The notes under the pieces: model-generated
Databases searched by the model: none
Told to the model about the DNA's origin: nothing
Seen by the model: the letters and a program-made list of their open reading frames with translations, nothing else
From: a virus
Taxonomy: Duplodnaviria > Caudoviricetes
DNA: 39,142 nucleotides
IMG/VR virus record: IMGVR_UViG_3300011434_000014
Location: 1-39,142 of that record
Strand: one strand, 5' to 3'
Part shown: in pieces, positions 7,227 to 16,329 of the stretch
Layout: every line of letters begins with the position of its first letter
Numbering within the stretch: the stretch's first letter is position 1
Position numbers and translations under genes: made by a program

Positions 7227-9356
7227 TCAAGCGATTTTATTTTTATTTTTTGCGATCAAGGCGATGAAGCGAGTCAACAGTGCGCGATTGATGATCTTCT
7301 TCGCCCTGGTATTCATGTAAGCCTTGGCAATTTTACTACGTGTCATAGTCTTATCGATCTTTAATCCGACATGCAGTTCATCATTGCCGTGAATATTGAT
7401 GAGATAGTAATCATCATATCCAGCAGTAGTGATTGGTACATATCTTTCCTCATTCCACCGTTTACGGAAATCTCTACTTTTACGAGTTGTATAGTCGACA
7501 ACGGTAGACGATATATTATTCAGTGAATCAGAAAGGAAAAACCCAATGAGGTTTGTTCCGGTCCTGGCCCGCAGCACTTCGAGGAGTACCTTGGTATCGT
7601 CGGCATTGTAATCTCGCGTATATACCATTTTAGTGATAGGGTCGCGGACAATTTGCCTTGTTCCCTTCGGCTTGTATGGCATATGATCCACAGTGTTATA
7701 CCGGCAACCGTCCCCAGCGCCATCAGTCATGATGATCGTGTTGACGATTTGCACCCTGGTCCGACGCTGGAAATCATTGACCAGCTTGTCGGCGGCCAAT
7801 ATGGTCTGATTCAGCGGCGTACCATTCAGAAAATCAGATGCACTCCTAATGCCTGCACTAGCGCACCACAGAATTTCATAGGCGCTGTTAAGCATCGTTG
7901 TGTTCATGCGCGACGACAACACATTGCGAATTTTGAAATTGCTGTATGTGATGTAATTGCCCTTGTCAGGATGTTCGAATTGCTCCTGAATATTGTCCCG
8001 ATTGAGCGCTGATCTGAATATGTAAACCTCGAACGGCACGCCGACACGCTTACAAAACATCGTCAGCGAAAACAGTTGCCGCATAGTCGCATTGAGATGA
8101 TCGACCATCGATCCAGACCAATCCAGGAACATCACGAAACCGTGGTTTTTGCCAGCGGTAACAGTGGCATTCCTACGGAACAAATCGTCAGCATACTTAT
8201 AAGCATGCAACTTGTTCGTGTTGATGACACCAGTTTTCGAAATGTGGGTTCGTGCCTGGATATCAGCGGCTTTTTTAGTTTCGAATTCTTTCACCAAAAA
8301 CGAGATGGTCTCATTCTCGTCGCGCCGCCATTGATGGAATCTTTCCATCAGAACGTCTTTGCTGTTGTCGTAGGGAAAATCGGCCGACGCGAGCATCTGA
8401 GGGATCACGACGGTAAAATCGTCCACGACGTTCTGGTGGTTAACCTTTGGCAGATCGAAATATGCATAGTTCACGTCATCTGTCGCAACGCATTTTTCCA
8501 GCGCCTGTTCGAGCGCGTCGCTCGTCTGACATTCTGGAATAATGTCGTCATTGTCGTTCGCGCCAGCACCCTTGCTAGACGTGCCAGACGTGCCCTGACC
8601 CTCGTCGTCATCGCTCTGGCCCTTGCTCTGACCCTCGTCATCATCGCTCTGGCCCTTGCCCTGGCCTTCTTCGCCCTGGTCATCGTCATCACCACCGGGT
8701 TGTCCTTCAGGAGTGGTATAGATTTTGCGATTGCTCCTGCTCAGCCCATAAATTTCGTCGGTGAGCGCCACAACATCGTCAAAAGACTCAGTTGCACCGA
8801 TGCGATCAATCAAGCGCTGCTCAGCAGGAGTAAACTTGAGCGGAAAATGTCCGGGAAGGCTCTTATAGAAGATATTGGCGCGGTCGATGAAAGTCAGAGA
8901 ATTGATGTCGACGCCATCGATGCCGAAAAAGTTGCGCTCGGCCAATTCCCGCAGACCGACTACATAGTCGTGACGGCAGCCTGGAAATCTCCTCTTCTGC
9001 TTCTTGTCGACGCGAGGGTCTTCAACAATGTTCAAGAATTGCACGATGGTCGCCTTGGCACGAAGAGCCACGCGCGGATCACTATGATGGCGATTTGCGA
9101 TGAGATCGGTTGCAGCCACCCACTCCTCATATGGAGTATAGCTAGAATGGCCAGTTTCATGGACAATCAACATGTGCCGCAATTCAGTCGAAATGCCGAC
9201 CCACATCGGGAATACGGCTTCGCCCGTCTGAAGATTAATGGAAGCAGTCTTCACTGAAGGCGAATAACGAATGTTAAGCTTTTTAATAGCAAGCAATCGA
9301 GCAAGCTGCGCGTCACTTAGCATTTCGGCGTCTTTGCGATTGAAATTATAGAACAT
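7227..9356 (-). CDS. vWA-domain protein with N-terminal metallopeptidase-like domain (CobT-like partner of the AAA+ ATPase)
   Basis: HETGH (HExxH) and NIVEDPRV in the N-domain, acidic linker, MIDAS DWSGSM ... GTPL ... MTDG; ATG 9356 behind AGGGA. Confidence 0.9.
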   Translation of the reverse strand: MFYNFNRKDAEMLSDAQLARLLAIKKLNIRYSPSVKTASINLQTGEAVFPMWVGISTELRHMLIVHETGHSSYTPYEEWVAATDLIANRHHSDPRVALRAKATIVQFLNIVEDPRVDKKQKRRFPGCRHDYVVGLRELAERNFFGIDGVDINSLTFIDRANIFYKSLPGHFPLKFTPAEQRLIDRIGATESFDDVVALTDEIYGLSRSNRKIYTTPEGQPGGDDDDQGEEGQGKGQSDDDEGQSKGQSDDDEGQGTSGTSSKGAGANDNDDIIPECQTSDALEQALEKCVATDDVNYAYFDLPKVNHQNVVDDFTVVIPQMLASADFPYDNSKDVLMERFHQWRRDENETISFLVKEFETKKAADIQARTHISKTGVINTNKLHAYKYADDLFRRNATVTAGKNHGFVMFLDWSGSMVDHLNATMRQLFSLTMFCKRVGVPFEVYIFRSALNRDNIQEQFEHPDKGNYITYSNFKIRNVLSSRMNTTMLNSAYEILWCASAGIRSASDFLNGTPLNQTILAADKLVNDFQRRTRVQIVNTIIMTDGAGDGCRYNTVDHMPYKPKGTRQIVRDPITKMVYTRDYNADDTKVLLEVLRARTGTNLIGFFLSDSLNNISSTVVDYTTRKSRDFRKRWNEERYVPITTAGYDDYYLINIHGNDELHVGLKIDKTMTRSKIAKAYMNTRAKKIINRALLTRFIALIAKNKNKIA
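8595..8660. repeat. 33-bp tandem duplication encoding (G/S)KGQSDDDEGQ x2 in the vWA linker
   Basis: ctgaccctcgtc(g/a)tcatcgctctggcccttgc(t/c) occurs twice in tandem. Confidence 0.9.
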
Positions 9357-9385
9357 GATCAAATCCCTTTGCTGTCCTCACCGCC

Positions 9386-9414
9386 AAAATAAGAGGGGCC
9401 TGCAAACTTGGCAA
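9386..9414 (-). promoter_or_regulatory. sigma70-type (early) promoter for the vWA-AAA operon
   Basis: ggggTTGCCA-17 nt-TATTTT; same GGGGTTG context as the promoter at 5834. Confidence 0.55.
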
Positions 9415-9579
9415 CCCCTAAAAAAGTCATAGCTGGCATGCTGTTTTGCATAGGTTGACGGGAATTTTGCATCGGGCAGGAGGCGATTCTTATGAATGTT
9501 GCTACACAGACGGTTCAGGAGAGTTCGTCCCCTTTGGGGACGAGTCTAATGTGATCATAGTTCATGTGCTAAATTCCTG

Positions 9580-11289
9580 TCAAGCTGCTGTGCTGAAATT
9601 TCGTTTACGTTGGAATTTAACGGTCTTTTTGAATTTATCCACAAGCATATCTTGTTTATGTGAAATCACTATAACATTAGTATCTTTTAACGTCCACATG
9701 ATTTTCAGGAATTCATCGGTACCATTGGCGTCCAATGAACCATCGAGAATTTCATCAAAGATTAGTAAATTGGTATTAATCGAATTCCGCATCTTGGCAA
9801 TCGAGCGCCATGCAAATAGTATTGCCAAGTTGATGCGTGTTTTCTCGCCTTCGGAGAAATTTTCATAGCTGAAAGTATCGAGAAACCTAGACTTGATAGT
9901 CTCCTCGAAATTCTCATTAATCTCAAAGCTAACAAAAAATCCCATTTGCTTTAAATGTTTATTGATCTGCTTGTTAATAATCGGCAAGTACTGCTTCAAA
10001 ATTCTAGTCTTGATGCCACCGTCTTTCAATAGAAGGGCAGCCGTGTCGATATACAATCGCTCGGTAATCAAATTCTTTTTCTCATCTTGGATACGCACTA
10101 TCTCATGGTTCACGGTCTCCAGTTCTTGCTGGCTATTGACCATGGTTTGATTGGCACTCTTTAGATCAATAAGCTGTTCTTTCACGCTCTGTACGTTAGT
10201 ATACTTACTGCTCAAGGCAGTTTCTTTTATTGTGATGTCTTTGCGCAGGCGATCCAGTTCCTGCATCAAGGTACTGATATCGCTGATCTGGTTGACGCAT
10301 TCATCAATCGAGTTGGTGATGTCACTCAGTCCTTTGCCCAAGGTCATCGCTTCTAGCCGCAATGCGCCAAGCTCAAGTTTTTTGTGCGCCTCGGCAATAG
10401 TCTGCTTGCACGTCGAGCAATAGTCAGTATGCATGAGATAATCGGCATCGGCACTGTTCCTGTCACACTTGGCTTTTAGCTGCGACATCAAACCGACCAA
10501 TTCGACATGCCTGTTGTTCAATGACTTGTATGGCTTGGTCTTGACGGCAATTTCATCACGTTTCACTTGCAAGGCAGTAATCTCAATCTCAAGCGCCTTG
10601 ATTTCGGTCTGAAAGAAAGCTAGCTGATCTTCTAATATCTTGCGGCGTTGGTCGCTATTCTGCTTGAGCGAATTGATAGTCTTTTCAATGAAGGATTTTT
10701 GTGATTCGAACGACAGCCCTTCGATGCGGTTGCGCTCCAAGATTTCCTTATTAGTCTGTAAGCGCTGTTTCACGATGTTGCTCATCACCGAAAAAATTTG
10801 GATGTCGAGTAGGTCTTCGATAACCAAGCGACGATCTGCTGGCGTCAATGACATGAATGGTTTATATGAAGCAGAACCAAGAATGACAATCTGTACACAA
10901 GCCTTGTAGCCCATGTGCAAAATGAATTTCTCAAGATGTTCCTGATAGTCCTTCGATGCCGAGTCTTGGTTCAGGAAAACGCCGTCGCAATGAATTTCAA
11001 AAATGGCTGGTTTCAGTCCACGAACGACTTTATAGTGTTTGTTGTTGGTGGTGAATTCAATCTCGACAAGACAATTTTTTTGATTGATCGAATTGCATAA
11101 TTGCGGCTTGTTAATGTTGCGAAATGCCTTACCAAACAAAGCAAAAGTCAAGGCGTCGAGAATGGTTGATTTGCCTGAACCATTATCGCCTACAAACAGC
11201 ATATTGGGGCTGGTATCTAGCTTAATTTCAGTCCAAACGTTGCCGGTCGATAAAAAATTCCGCCATCTAACTACATGGAAAATCAGCAT
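9580..11289 (-). CDS. gp46: recombination ATPase gp46 (Rad50/SbcC-like)
   Basis: NFLSTGN, GDNGSGKST, coiled coil with CSTC zinc hook, FSEGEK signature, LIFDE, VISH. Confidence 0.97.
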   Translation of the reverse strand: MLIFHVVRWRNFLSTGNVWTEIKLDTSPNMLFVGDNGSGKSTILDALTFALFGKAFRNINKPQLCNSINQKNCLVEIEFTTNNKHYKVVRGLKPAIFEIHCDGVFLNQDSASKDYQEHLEKFILHMGYKACVQIVILGSASYKPFMSLTPADRRLVIEDLLDIQIFSVMSNIVKQRLQTNKEILERNRIEGLSFESQKSFIEKTINSLKQNSDQRRKILEDQLAFFQTEIKALEIEITALQVKRDEIAVKTKPYKSLNNRHVELVGLMSQLKAKCDRNSADADYLMHTDYCSTCKQTIAEAHKKLELGALRLEAMTLGKGLSDITNSIDECVNQISDISTLMQELDRLRKDITIKETALSSKYTNVQSVKEQLIDLKSANQTMVNSQQELETVNHEIVRIQDEKKNLITERLYIDTAALLLKDGGIKTRILKQYLPIINKQINKHLKQMGFFVSFEINENFEETIKSRFLDTFSYENFSEGEKTRINLAILFAWRSIAKMRNSINTNLLIFDEILDGSLDANGTDEFLKIMWTLKDTNVIVISHKQDMLVDKFKKTVKFQRKRNFSTAA

Positions 11290-11501
11290 TCATTAGCTTC
11301 CCATAGTTTACCCTCAGGACCGCATTCGGCATCTTGTTGTCTCATATCATAGCACTTGATTCCCCCGGCATATTTATCCACTACACCGGTAACAGGATCG
11401 ACGGTGGGTTTGCATGTCACCATACACCAATGGCTTTCATATGCCCATCGACCATCGATTAATTTATGGTGCTTACAATTAATGCAGATTTTTTTGGTCA
11501 T
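11283..11501 (-). CDS. Cys-rich putative metal-binding protein (paralog B)
   Basis: CINCKH...C...DPVTG...CYDMR...CGPEGKLWE; ATGA overlap with the upstream paralog. Confidence 0.75.
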   Translation of the reverse strand: MTKKICINCKHHKLIDGRWAYESHWCMVTCKPTVDPVTGVVDKYAGGIKCYDMRQQDAECGPEGKLWEANEC

Positions 11502-11719
11502 GATTTGGGTTCCCATAGCTTGCCTTCAAGACCACATTTACCATATTTCTCATCGCGCATATAATAGCAGCTAAAAGTGCCTGTAAGTGCAACTATGCCA
11601 GTAACAATGTGAATTTCTTCGCGTCTATTCACTGTACAAAAGTAGTCACAGCCACCGCCCTCGACAGGCGTTTGATTGCAATGTTTACACTTCACACATA
11701 GCCTTTTTTCGCTGTCCAT
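11498..11719 (-). CDS. Cys-rich putative metal-binding protein (paralog A)
   Basis: CVKCKH...C...HIVTG...CYYMR...CGLEGKLWE; TAATG overlap with gp47. Confidence 0.75.
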   Translation of the reverse strand: MDSEKRLCVKCKHCNQTPVEGGGCDYFCTVNRREEIHIVTGIVALTGTFSCYYMRDEKYGKCGLEGKLWEPKS

Positions 11720-12795
11720 TATACATGTTCCGTAGTCACAGCTTCTTCATATACTTCCTGCAAATAATTGATCATCTTATCATTTGGCACTGGCAAGGTT
11801 AGTGATTTTACATATGTGGACAAAATAGTTGATGTGTCGGCGGTCTCGTCTACATTGTCATCAGTTCCGTGATCAATTATCGAGGTTACATCTTCGACGA
11901 TGGAAATGTCGATTGGTCCAGCCTTATACAGATTGTCTAGCATTAGGTCAAAAACAAAATGGTTATCGCGGCCAGCACACACCACCTTGACATATGTGTC
12001 CTTGTACTGTCCATAATCTATGTTCTTGATTTTGTTCAAAATATTCTTGTCGTTGCGGTCATCGTATGGCAAAAGCTTGAAGATAGAAAATGGGTTCTGA
12101 TGAAATTCTAATTGGTGTGTGTGAGTATCAAATACATGAATTCCTCTCGGGTCGTTGAAGTCAGACCAGATAAATTCAGCAAACGCACCAAGATAATGGA
12201 TGTTGCCAGCCGACGATTTGTGATGATAGTGTCCACTAAGCACCAAGTCGAAGCGCTCGAACAGCTTGCGGTCGTCACCGTGCTCGGTCACAATGCCACG
12301 AAACATTTCGAAACCAGCCAGTTCTAAATGGCCAATGAGCACAGATGCACGCGATTTCTTGATGGCGTCGTAACTTTCGGCTTTGTTACTTTCCGTAATC
12401 CAAGGCAGTAATTGAAAATCAAAATCGTCAATGGTGATCAGCTTCGGCGTGGTGTAGGTATGAATGTCCTTATAGCGGCCGGTCACCATTTCATCCAAGG
12501 CATTGACCATATGTGTATTGCGATAGGTCTGGTCATGATTTCCCGCGATAATATGCGTTTCAATTCTACGGGCCTCCAAGGGCTGCAGGAAGCGATTTCG
12601 CATCATATGGGCCGTGGTGTAGCTCAAATATTTGCGCCGGTCTACAAGGTCGCCCAATTGGATTACGTGCTTGATGTCGTACTGGCTCAAAATGTCAAGC
12701 GTCCAATCGAAACACTTGGTCAGATACTCTTGAAATACGGGACTGTCATTGCGTACACCCACATGAATGTCGCCAATCAATGCCACTTTGGTCAT
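11719..12795 (-). CDS. gp47: recombination nuclease gp47 (Mre11/SbcD-like)
   Basis: Phosphoesterase motifs GDIHVG, LGDLVDRR, AGNHD, GHLE and SGHYH. Confidence 0.97.
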   Translation of the reverse strand: MTKVALIGDIHVGVRNDSPVFQEYLTKCFDWTLDILSQYDIKHVIQLGDLVDRRKYLSYTTAHMMRNRFLQPLEARRIETHIIAGNHDQTYRNTHMVNALDEMVTGRYKDIHTYTTPKLITIDDFDFQLLPWITESNKAESYDAIKKSRASVLIGHLELAGFEMFRGIVTEHGDDRKLFERFDLVLSGHYHHKSSAGNIHYLGAFAEFIWSDFNDPRGIHVFDTHTHQLEFHQNPFSIFKLLPYDDRNDKNILNKIKNIDYGQYKDTYVKVVCAGRDNHFVFDLMLDNLYKAGPIDISIVEDVTSIIDHGTDDNVDETADTSTILSTYVKSLTLPVPNDKMINYLQEVYEEAVTTEHV

Positions 12796-13025
12796 CTAAC
12801 GTTCCTTTTGCAACTGATATGCCGATATTTACCCTTGAAGTTATTAAGTCCAAAATATTTGCGACCCCATGCACTCTTTTTATTTGGTATGCGATACAGC
12901 CACAAATGATTTGCAAGACTGCGATGGTAGTTGGTGCCCCATTCGAAGCTATAGAAATGTCTGCAGCGATTTGCTATAGGTCTTATCCTGCGCATCTTAA
13001 ATGAAGAACTAACTAAGACGTTCAT
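12792..13025 (-). CDS. hypothetical basic protein
   Basis: ATGA overlaps at both ends fill the operon; no recognisable motif. Confidence 0.5.
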   Translation of the reverse strand: MNVLVSSSFKMRRIRPIANRCRHFYSFEWGTNYHRSLANHLWLYRIPNKKSAWGRKYFGLNNFKGKYRHISCKRNVR

Positions 13026-13342
13026 TTCCTATTCGCTTCCCATGCCTTGTAGCCGCATGGTTCATCACATTCCAGCCATTCGTCTTTATTACATGCACAG
13101 CCCCAAATATTGACAATCTTGGGTGGCTCAGTAATTTCCCATGCCCCATTCTCTGTACACCAATCTTCAAGACAAAAGTCACGCGTGCGTTGATCGAGGA
13201 AATTGGGTGTTTTCAAGCCTGCCTGCACCACCTTGTCGAACCAAGGATTCCAATACTCATCAAAAATTTCATCTTCGCTCTTTTCAATTCTGCCCTTTTC
13301 ATCATCATCATAGCGGAAATGTCTCATTTTGTTCCTCACCAT
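13022..13342 (-). CDS. hypothetical protein (Trp/Cys-rich)
   Basis: SEDEIFDEYWNPW...CLEDWCTENGAWE; operon context. Confidence 0.65.
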   Translation of the reverse strand: MVRNKMRHFRYDDDEKGRIEKSEDEIFDEYWNPWFDKVVQAGLKTPNFLDQRTRDFCLEDWCTENGAWEITEPPKIVNIWGCACNKDEWLECDEPCGYKAWEANRK

Positions 13343-13406
13343 GTTCTAATAAATATGTATACGAATAAAAACGCCCAAGCTACAATGTGAATGGCAAATT
13401 TGTCGA

Positions 13407-13622
13407 TCATGCCTTCCTCTTGCGCTTCGTGTTGCTTTCCTTCAAAGCTAAATCATTGTCGTAGTTCTTGATGGCAGCATCAATAGCTAGACGAATTTCA
13501 TGCAATCTCGACCGATAATTCATACGAACATAGATACTGTCAGTAGAATTTAACATTCCATCAATGATATTTTGAACTTGAAACGGAACTGCGTTGTTTG
13601 CTGTTTTCGTGTTCATTGCCAT
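13407..13622 (-). CDS. hypothetical protein downstream of gp55
   Basis: ATG 13622 behind GAGGA; VPFQVQNIIDGML...YVRMNYRSRL. Confidence 0.65.
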   Translation of the reverse strand: MAMNTKTANNAVPFQVQNIIDGMLNSTDSIYVRMNYRSRLHEIRLAIDAAIKNYDNDLALKESNTKRKRKA

Positions 13623-13623
13623 A

Positions 13624-14211
13624 TCAATCCTCTTGGAAAAATTTCTGTAACCCTTTTTTCTTCCCTTCACGCTTCAATTTTCTCTTGGCTTCCTTCTCTT
13701 CAAATTTCTCTATCGATAGGGATATGTTATCATAAATCTGCGGGCTGAGTAAACTTTTTTCACCATCGTCAAATACATCATACTTGCCGTGGGTATTTTC
13801 GTGTATCACAGTATAGTAAAAACTCTTGTATACACTGTATCGAATTTTTTCTTCCTTGTTGATGCGCCTGATGAATGCAAAGAATGAAATTTGAGTGAAA
13901 TAAGCAAAGGGGTTGGCAATCACTAGGCCAGTGTTTGGATCGGTCTTGTAGGGGTCATAATCATGGTAATACAAGAAGCAATTCTCGATGCCATCATGGA
14001 CCATCTCATCTCTGTACGAATAATTTATAAATTTCGGCATGGTTGATAGCTTATTGGCGATCTTCAAAATGCATTCGCCAATGTAATTGGTTATGCGTGG
14101 TGGTTCTAGTCCTTTAGCCTTAGCTTTTTTTACTGCTTCATAGTGATCTACTATTTCCTTGTAAAAAACCTTATTGTCAATGTAGTGCAATTTCGACTTT
14201 GGTTTGTGCAT
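13624..14211 (-). CDS. gp55: late transcription sigma factor gp55
   Basis: HYIDNK, YIGECILKIA, FINYSYRDEMVHDGIENC, NPFAYFTQI...AFIRRINKE. Confidence 0.97.
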   Translation of the reverse strand: MHKPKSKLHYIDNKVFYKEIVDHYEAVKKAKAKGLEPPRITNYIGECILKIANKLSTMPKFINYSYRDEMVHDGIENCFLYYHDYDPYKTDPNTGLVIANPFAYFTQISFFAFIRRINKEEKIRYSVYKSFYYTVIHENTHGKYDVFDDGEKSLLSPQIYDNISLSIEKFEEKEAKRKLKREGKKKGLQKFFQED

Positions 14212-14244
14212 ATCATTTTTCTTTCTCTGTACTGCATTTTTCTC

Positions 14245-14273
14245 TTGACAGCCTGAAAATATGGGGGTACAAG
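14245..14273 (+). promoter_or_regulatory. antisense sigma70-type promoter in the intergenic region upstream of gp55
   Basis: Perfect TTGACA, 17-nt spacer, TACAAG. Confidence 0.5.
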
Positions 14274-14339
14274 GTCTATGTGGCTCTTTGGGAATATGCT
14301 ATTTTAGATCAACTGCTACAAAGCAAAAGAGAAGCAGCT

Positions 14340-14389
14340 AGCGAAGTCCTGAAAGGACTGAGCTTTCCCCGGAACGAAGTGAAGGGGAA
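14340..14389 (+). other. double hairpin with GAA triloops and tandem GA/GA mismatches (ssDNA-type structure, candidate origin element)
   Basis: AGC-GA-AGTCCT-GAA-AGGACT-GA-GCT followed directly by TTCCCC-G-GA-AC-GAA-GT-GA-A-GGGGAA. Confidence 0.6.
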
Positions 14390-14432
14390 CAAGACAAACG
14401 ATTAACCCCTGCCACAATGAATAATTGCGTCT

Positions 14433-14909
14433 TCAATGGTATTTCCTCTTTACACTCTTCAGTTCATCCATTATCTGTCTAATGTGTTCGTCTTCCTCAT
14501 CTTCTTCATTATCATCATCAAATGCTGCAAAATCAGATGAACCACCAATGCTAGCACTGAATTTGGATTCCATCACCATCTCATTATAGTATTTCTTAAC
14601 ACCAGCTGTAGGGTCAGCCATGGTGATAATGTCTTTTGGATAAATGATGAATTCCTGTCTTTCAGTGATCTTAGGAAAAATCCAAGAGATTAGATTAAGT
14701 GATACCATTCCTGGCTTTTCTAGCAGGGCATAGATTACCTTCAAGGGGCTGATCAAGACGTAATGATCGCCAATGTGCTCGCTTCTGACAATCTTCATTT
14801 CACTGACTAAGTCTTCGCCAGTGCTGATACGAACGAATTTGATGACCTTCTTCTCAGTTGTCTTTAAGGTCGATTTTGTAGATTTTGAAGGTAAAGCTTT
14901 CTTCACCAT
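14433..14909 (-). CDS. conserved T4-like hypothetical protein (possible Sm-like fold) between uvsW and gp55
   Basis: IKFVRISTGEDLVS...LISPLKV...LISWI...IITMADP...YY, acidic tail ending KYH. Confidence 0.7.
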   Translation of the reverse strand: MVKKALPSKSTKSTLKTTEKKVIKFVRISTGEDLVSEMKIVRSEHIGDHYVLISPLKVIYALLEKPGMVSLNLISWIFPKITERQEFIIYPKDIITMADPTAGVKKYYNEMVMESKFSASIGGSSDFAAFDDDNEEDEEDEHIRQIMDELKSVKRKYH

Positions 14910-16329
14910 ACAATTTAATCCTTTCGAGGAAGTGACTTAGAGTAAAATTATCATGTTTTTTATAGCGTAGGTCATCAGCAATATCATATAGTGTGGCTTC
15001 AGTCTTGGTATCGGAAATGCGCAAACTACGGCCTATGGATTGAAGATTACGAATTCTGGACTTTGAAGGACTGGCAAAGACAACATTGTGTAGATTACGA
15101 ATATTAATGCCAGTAGAAAAAGTGCCGTAAGAAGCCACAATAATAGCGTTTCGTGATCCATCGACAATTTTCCTGATTTCTTCCCTATTATCTGCATCTA
15201 TTTTACCGTAGACAAAATAAACGTCGCGATCTTTTTCATTGATCAGTTCGAATAGTATCTTACCATGTTTCTCGACAAATTGATAGAGTACCAGTGTATT
15301 ACCCTCAAGCGAAAGCGCTAGGTTACGAATAAATCTATTTCTTGCCTCATTGGCAACTATGTATTCAATCTCCTGCTGATAAGTAAATGTCTTGGCTGCC
15401 TTGCAAATACTGTCTGAATGCTTGAGCAGCAAACATTTGATGTTGATGTTGGCCAATTTCTTCTGGTCCATGAGTTGTTTGGTTGTTGTGACACGCTGTA
15501 CCGGCCCAAACAAGCCTTCCAGCACCAATTTGTGTGTCTTGGTGCCGTCCAGGGTACCTGTGCTCCCAATCCTATATTTAGCAAGAGTCAGGGCGCACAT
15601 GATCTTGGTCAACGATTTGGCCTTGAACAGATGGGCTTCGTCGCCAATAACTGAATCATATTGTAGAAAATACTTCGGCGGCAGAGTTTGCAACGACTGC
15701 CACGTTGAAATCACTACGTTTTTCGGCGTATCCTTATTGTGGCCAGCGTAGATTTGGTGCACATTTTCTTCAGTTATCCAATTAATGTCGGTCGACGAGT
15801 AGTCGGCAAAATCGGTGTATAGCTGCTCGACCAGCGAAATAGTGGGTACAATGATTAATAGCTTCTTGCAGCCCTCTTTTTCCAGCAGGTAGCGCATGAT
15901 CAAATAGATGATCAAACTCTTGCCACTGGCCGTAGGCGACAGCAGCAGCGCCCTACGCTGTCGTATGGCGTGCACAAAGGCATCCAACTGGTAGTCGCGC
16001 GGTTCGTGCTTTGGCTTGATGTTGGCAATGAAATTCTTGGCCTCGATCAGCGAGAAAGAAGTGTCGAATTGCTCATCATCATATGTGTAATGATAACCAC
16101 GTTCATGGCAGAATGCTTCGACGTGCTGGGTCAAACCACGGTATAGCTGATGGTTCATGATGTTGAACAATCTGATTGAACCATCCCACAATTTTACCTT
16201 GAATTGTGGAGTGAACTGATAGCCAGGAACCTTGAAGGTGAAGGCATCGCGTAGCTCATATGCCACACCCTCTGAGCAACTAATTTGCACATAGGTTTCA
16301 TTCACGTTTCGAATTACAACTTCTTCCAT
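14854..16329 (-). CDS. uvsW: SF2 DNA helicase UvsW
   Basis: WDGSIRLF, PRDYQ, SPTASGKS, DEAH, TGT, STGINI, LQSIGRSLR. Confidence 0.97.
   Translation of the reverse strand: MEEVVIRNVNETYVQISCSEGVAYELRDAFTFKVPGYQFTPQFKVKLWDGSIRLFNIMNHQLYRGLTQHVEAFCHERGYHYTYDDEQFDTSFSLIEAKNFIANIKPKHEPRDYQLDAFVHAIRQRRALLLSPTASGKSLIIYLIMRYLLEKEGCKKLLIIVPTISLVEQLYTDFADYSSTDINWITEENVHQIYAGHNKDTPKNVVISTWQSLQTLPPKYFLQYDSVIGDEAHLFKAKSLTKIMCALTLAKYRIGSTGTLDGTKTHKLVLEGLFGPVQRVTTTKQLMDQKKLANINIKCLLLKHSDSICKAAKTFTYQQEIEYIVANEARNRFIRNLALSLEGNTLVLYQFVEKHGKILFELINEKDRDVYFVYGKIDADNREEIRKIVDGSRNAIIVASYGTFSTGINIRNLHNVVFASPSKSRIRNLQSIGRSLRISDTKTEATLYDIADDLRYKKHDNFTLSHFLERIKLYGEESFTFKIYKIDLKDN

Noticed and set aside
6033-9257. Long plus-strand ORFs (6033-6614, 6759-7187, 8076-9257)
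   Set aside because: Antisense shadows of the GC-richer AAA+ and vWA genes; no motifs or clear SD
14340-14389. Hammerhead ribozyme (CTGA and GAAA words present)
   Set aside because: No CUGAnGA core or three-stem arrangement could be built; the bases are better explained by two GAA-triloop hairpins
14199-14405. 68-aa plus-strand ORF across the gp55 upstream gap
   Set aside because: TTG start without SD, overlaps the gp55 start, and begins upstream of the candidate promoter
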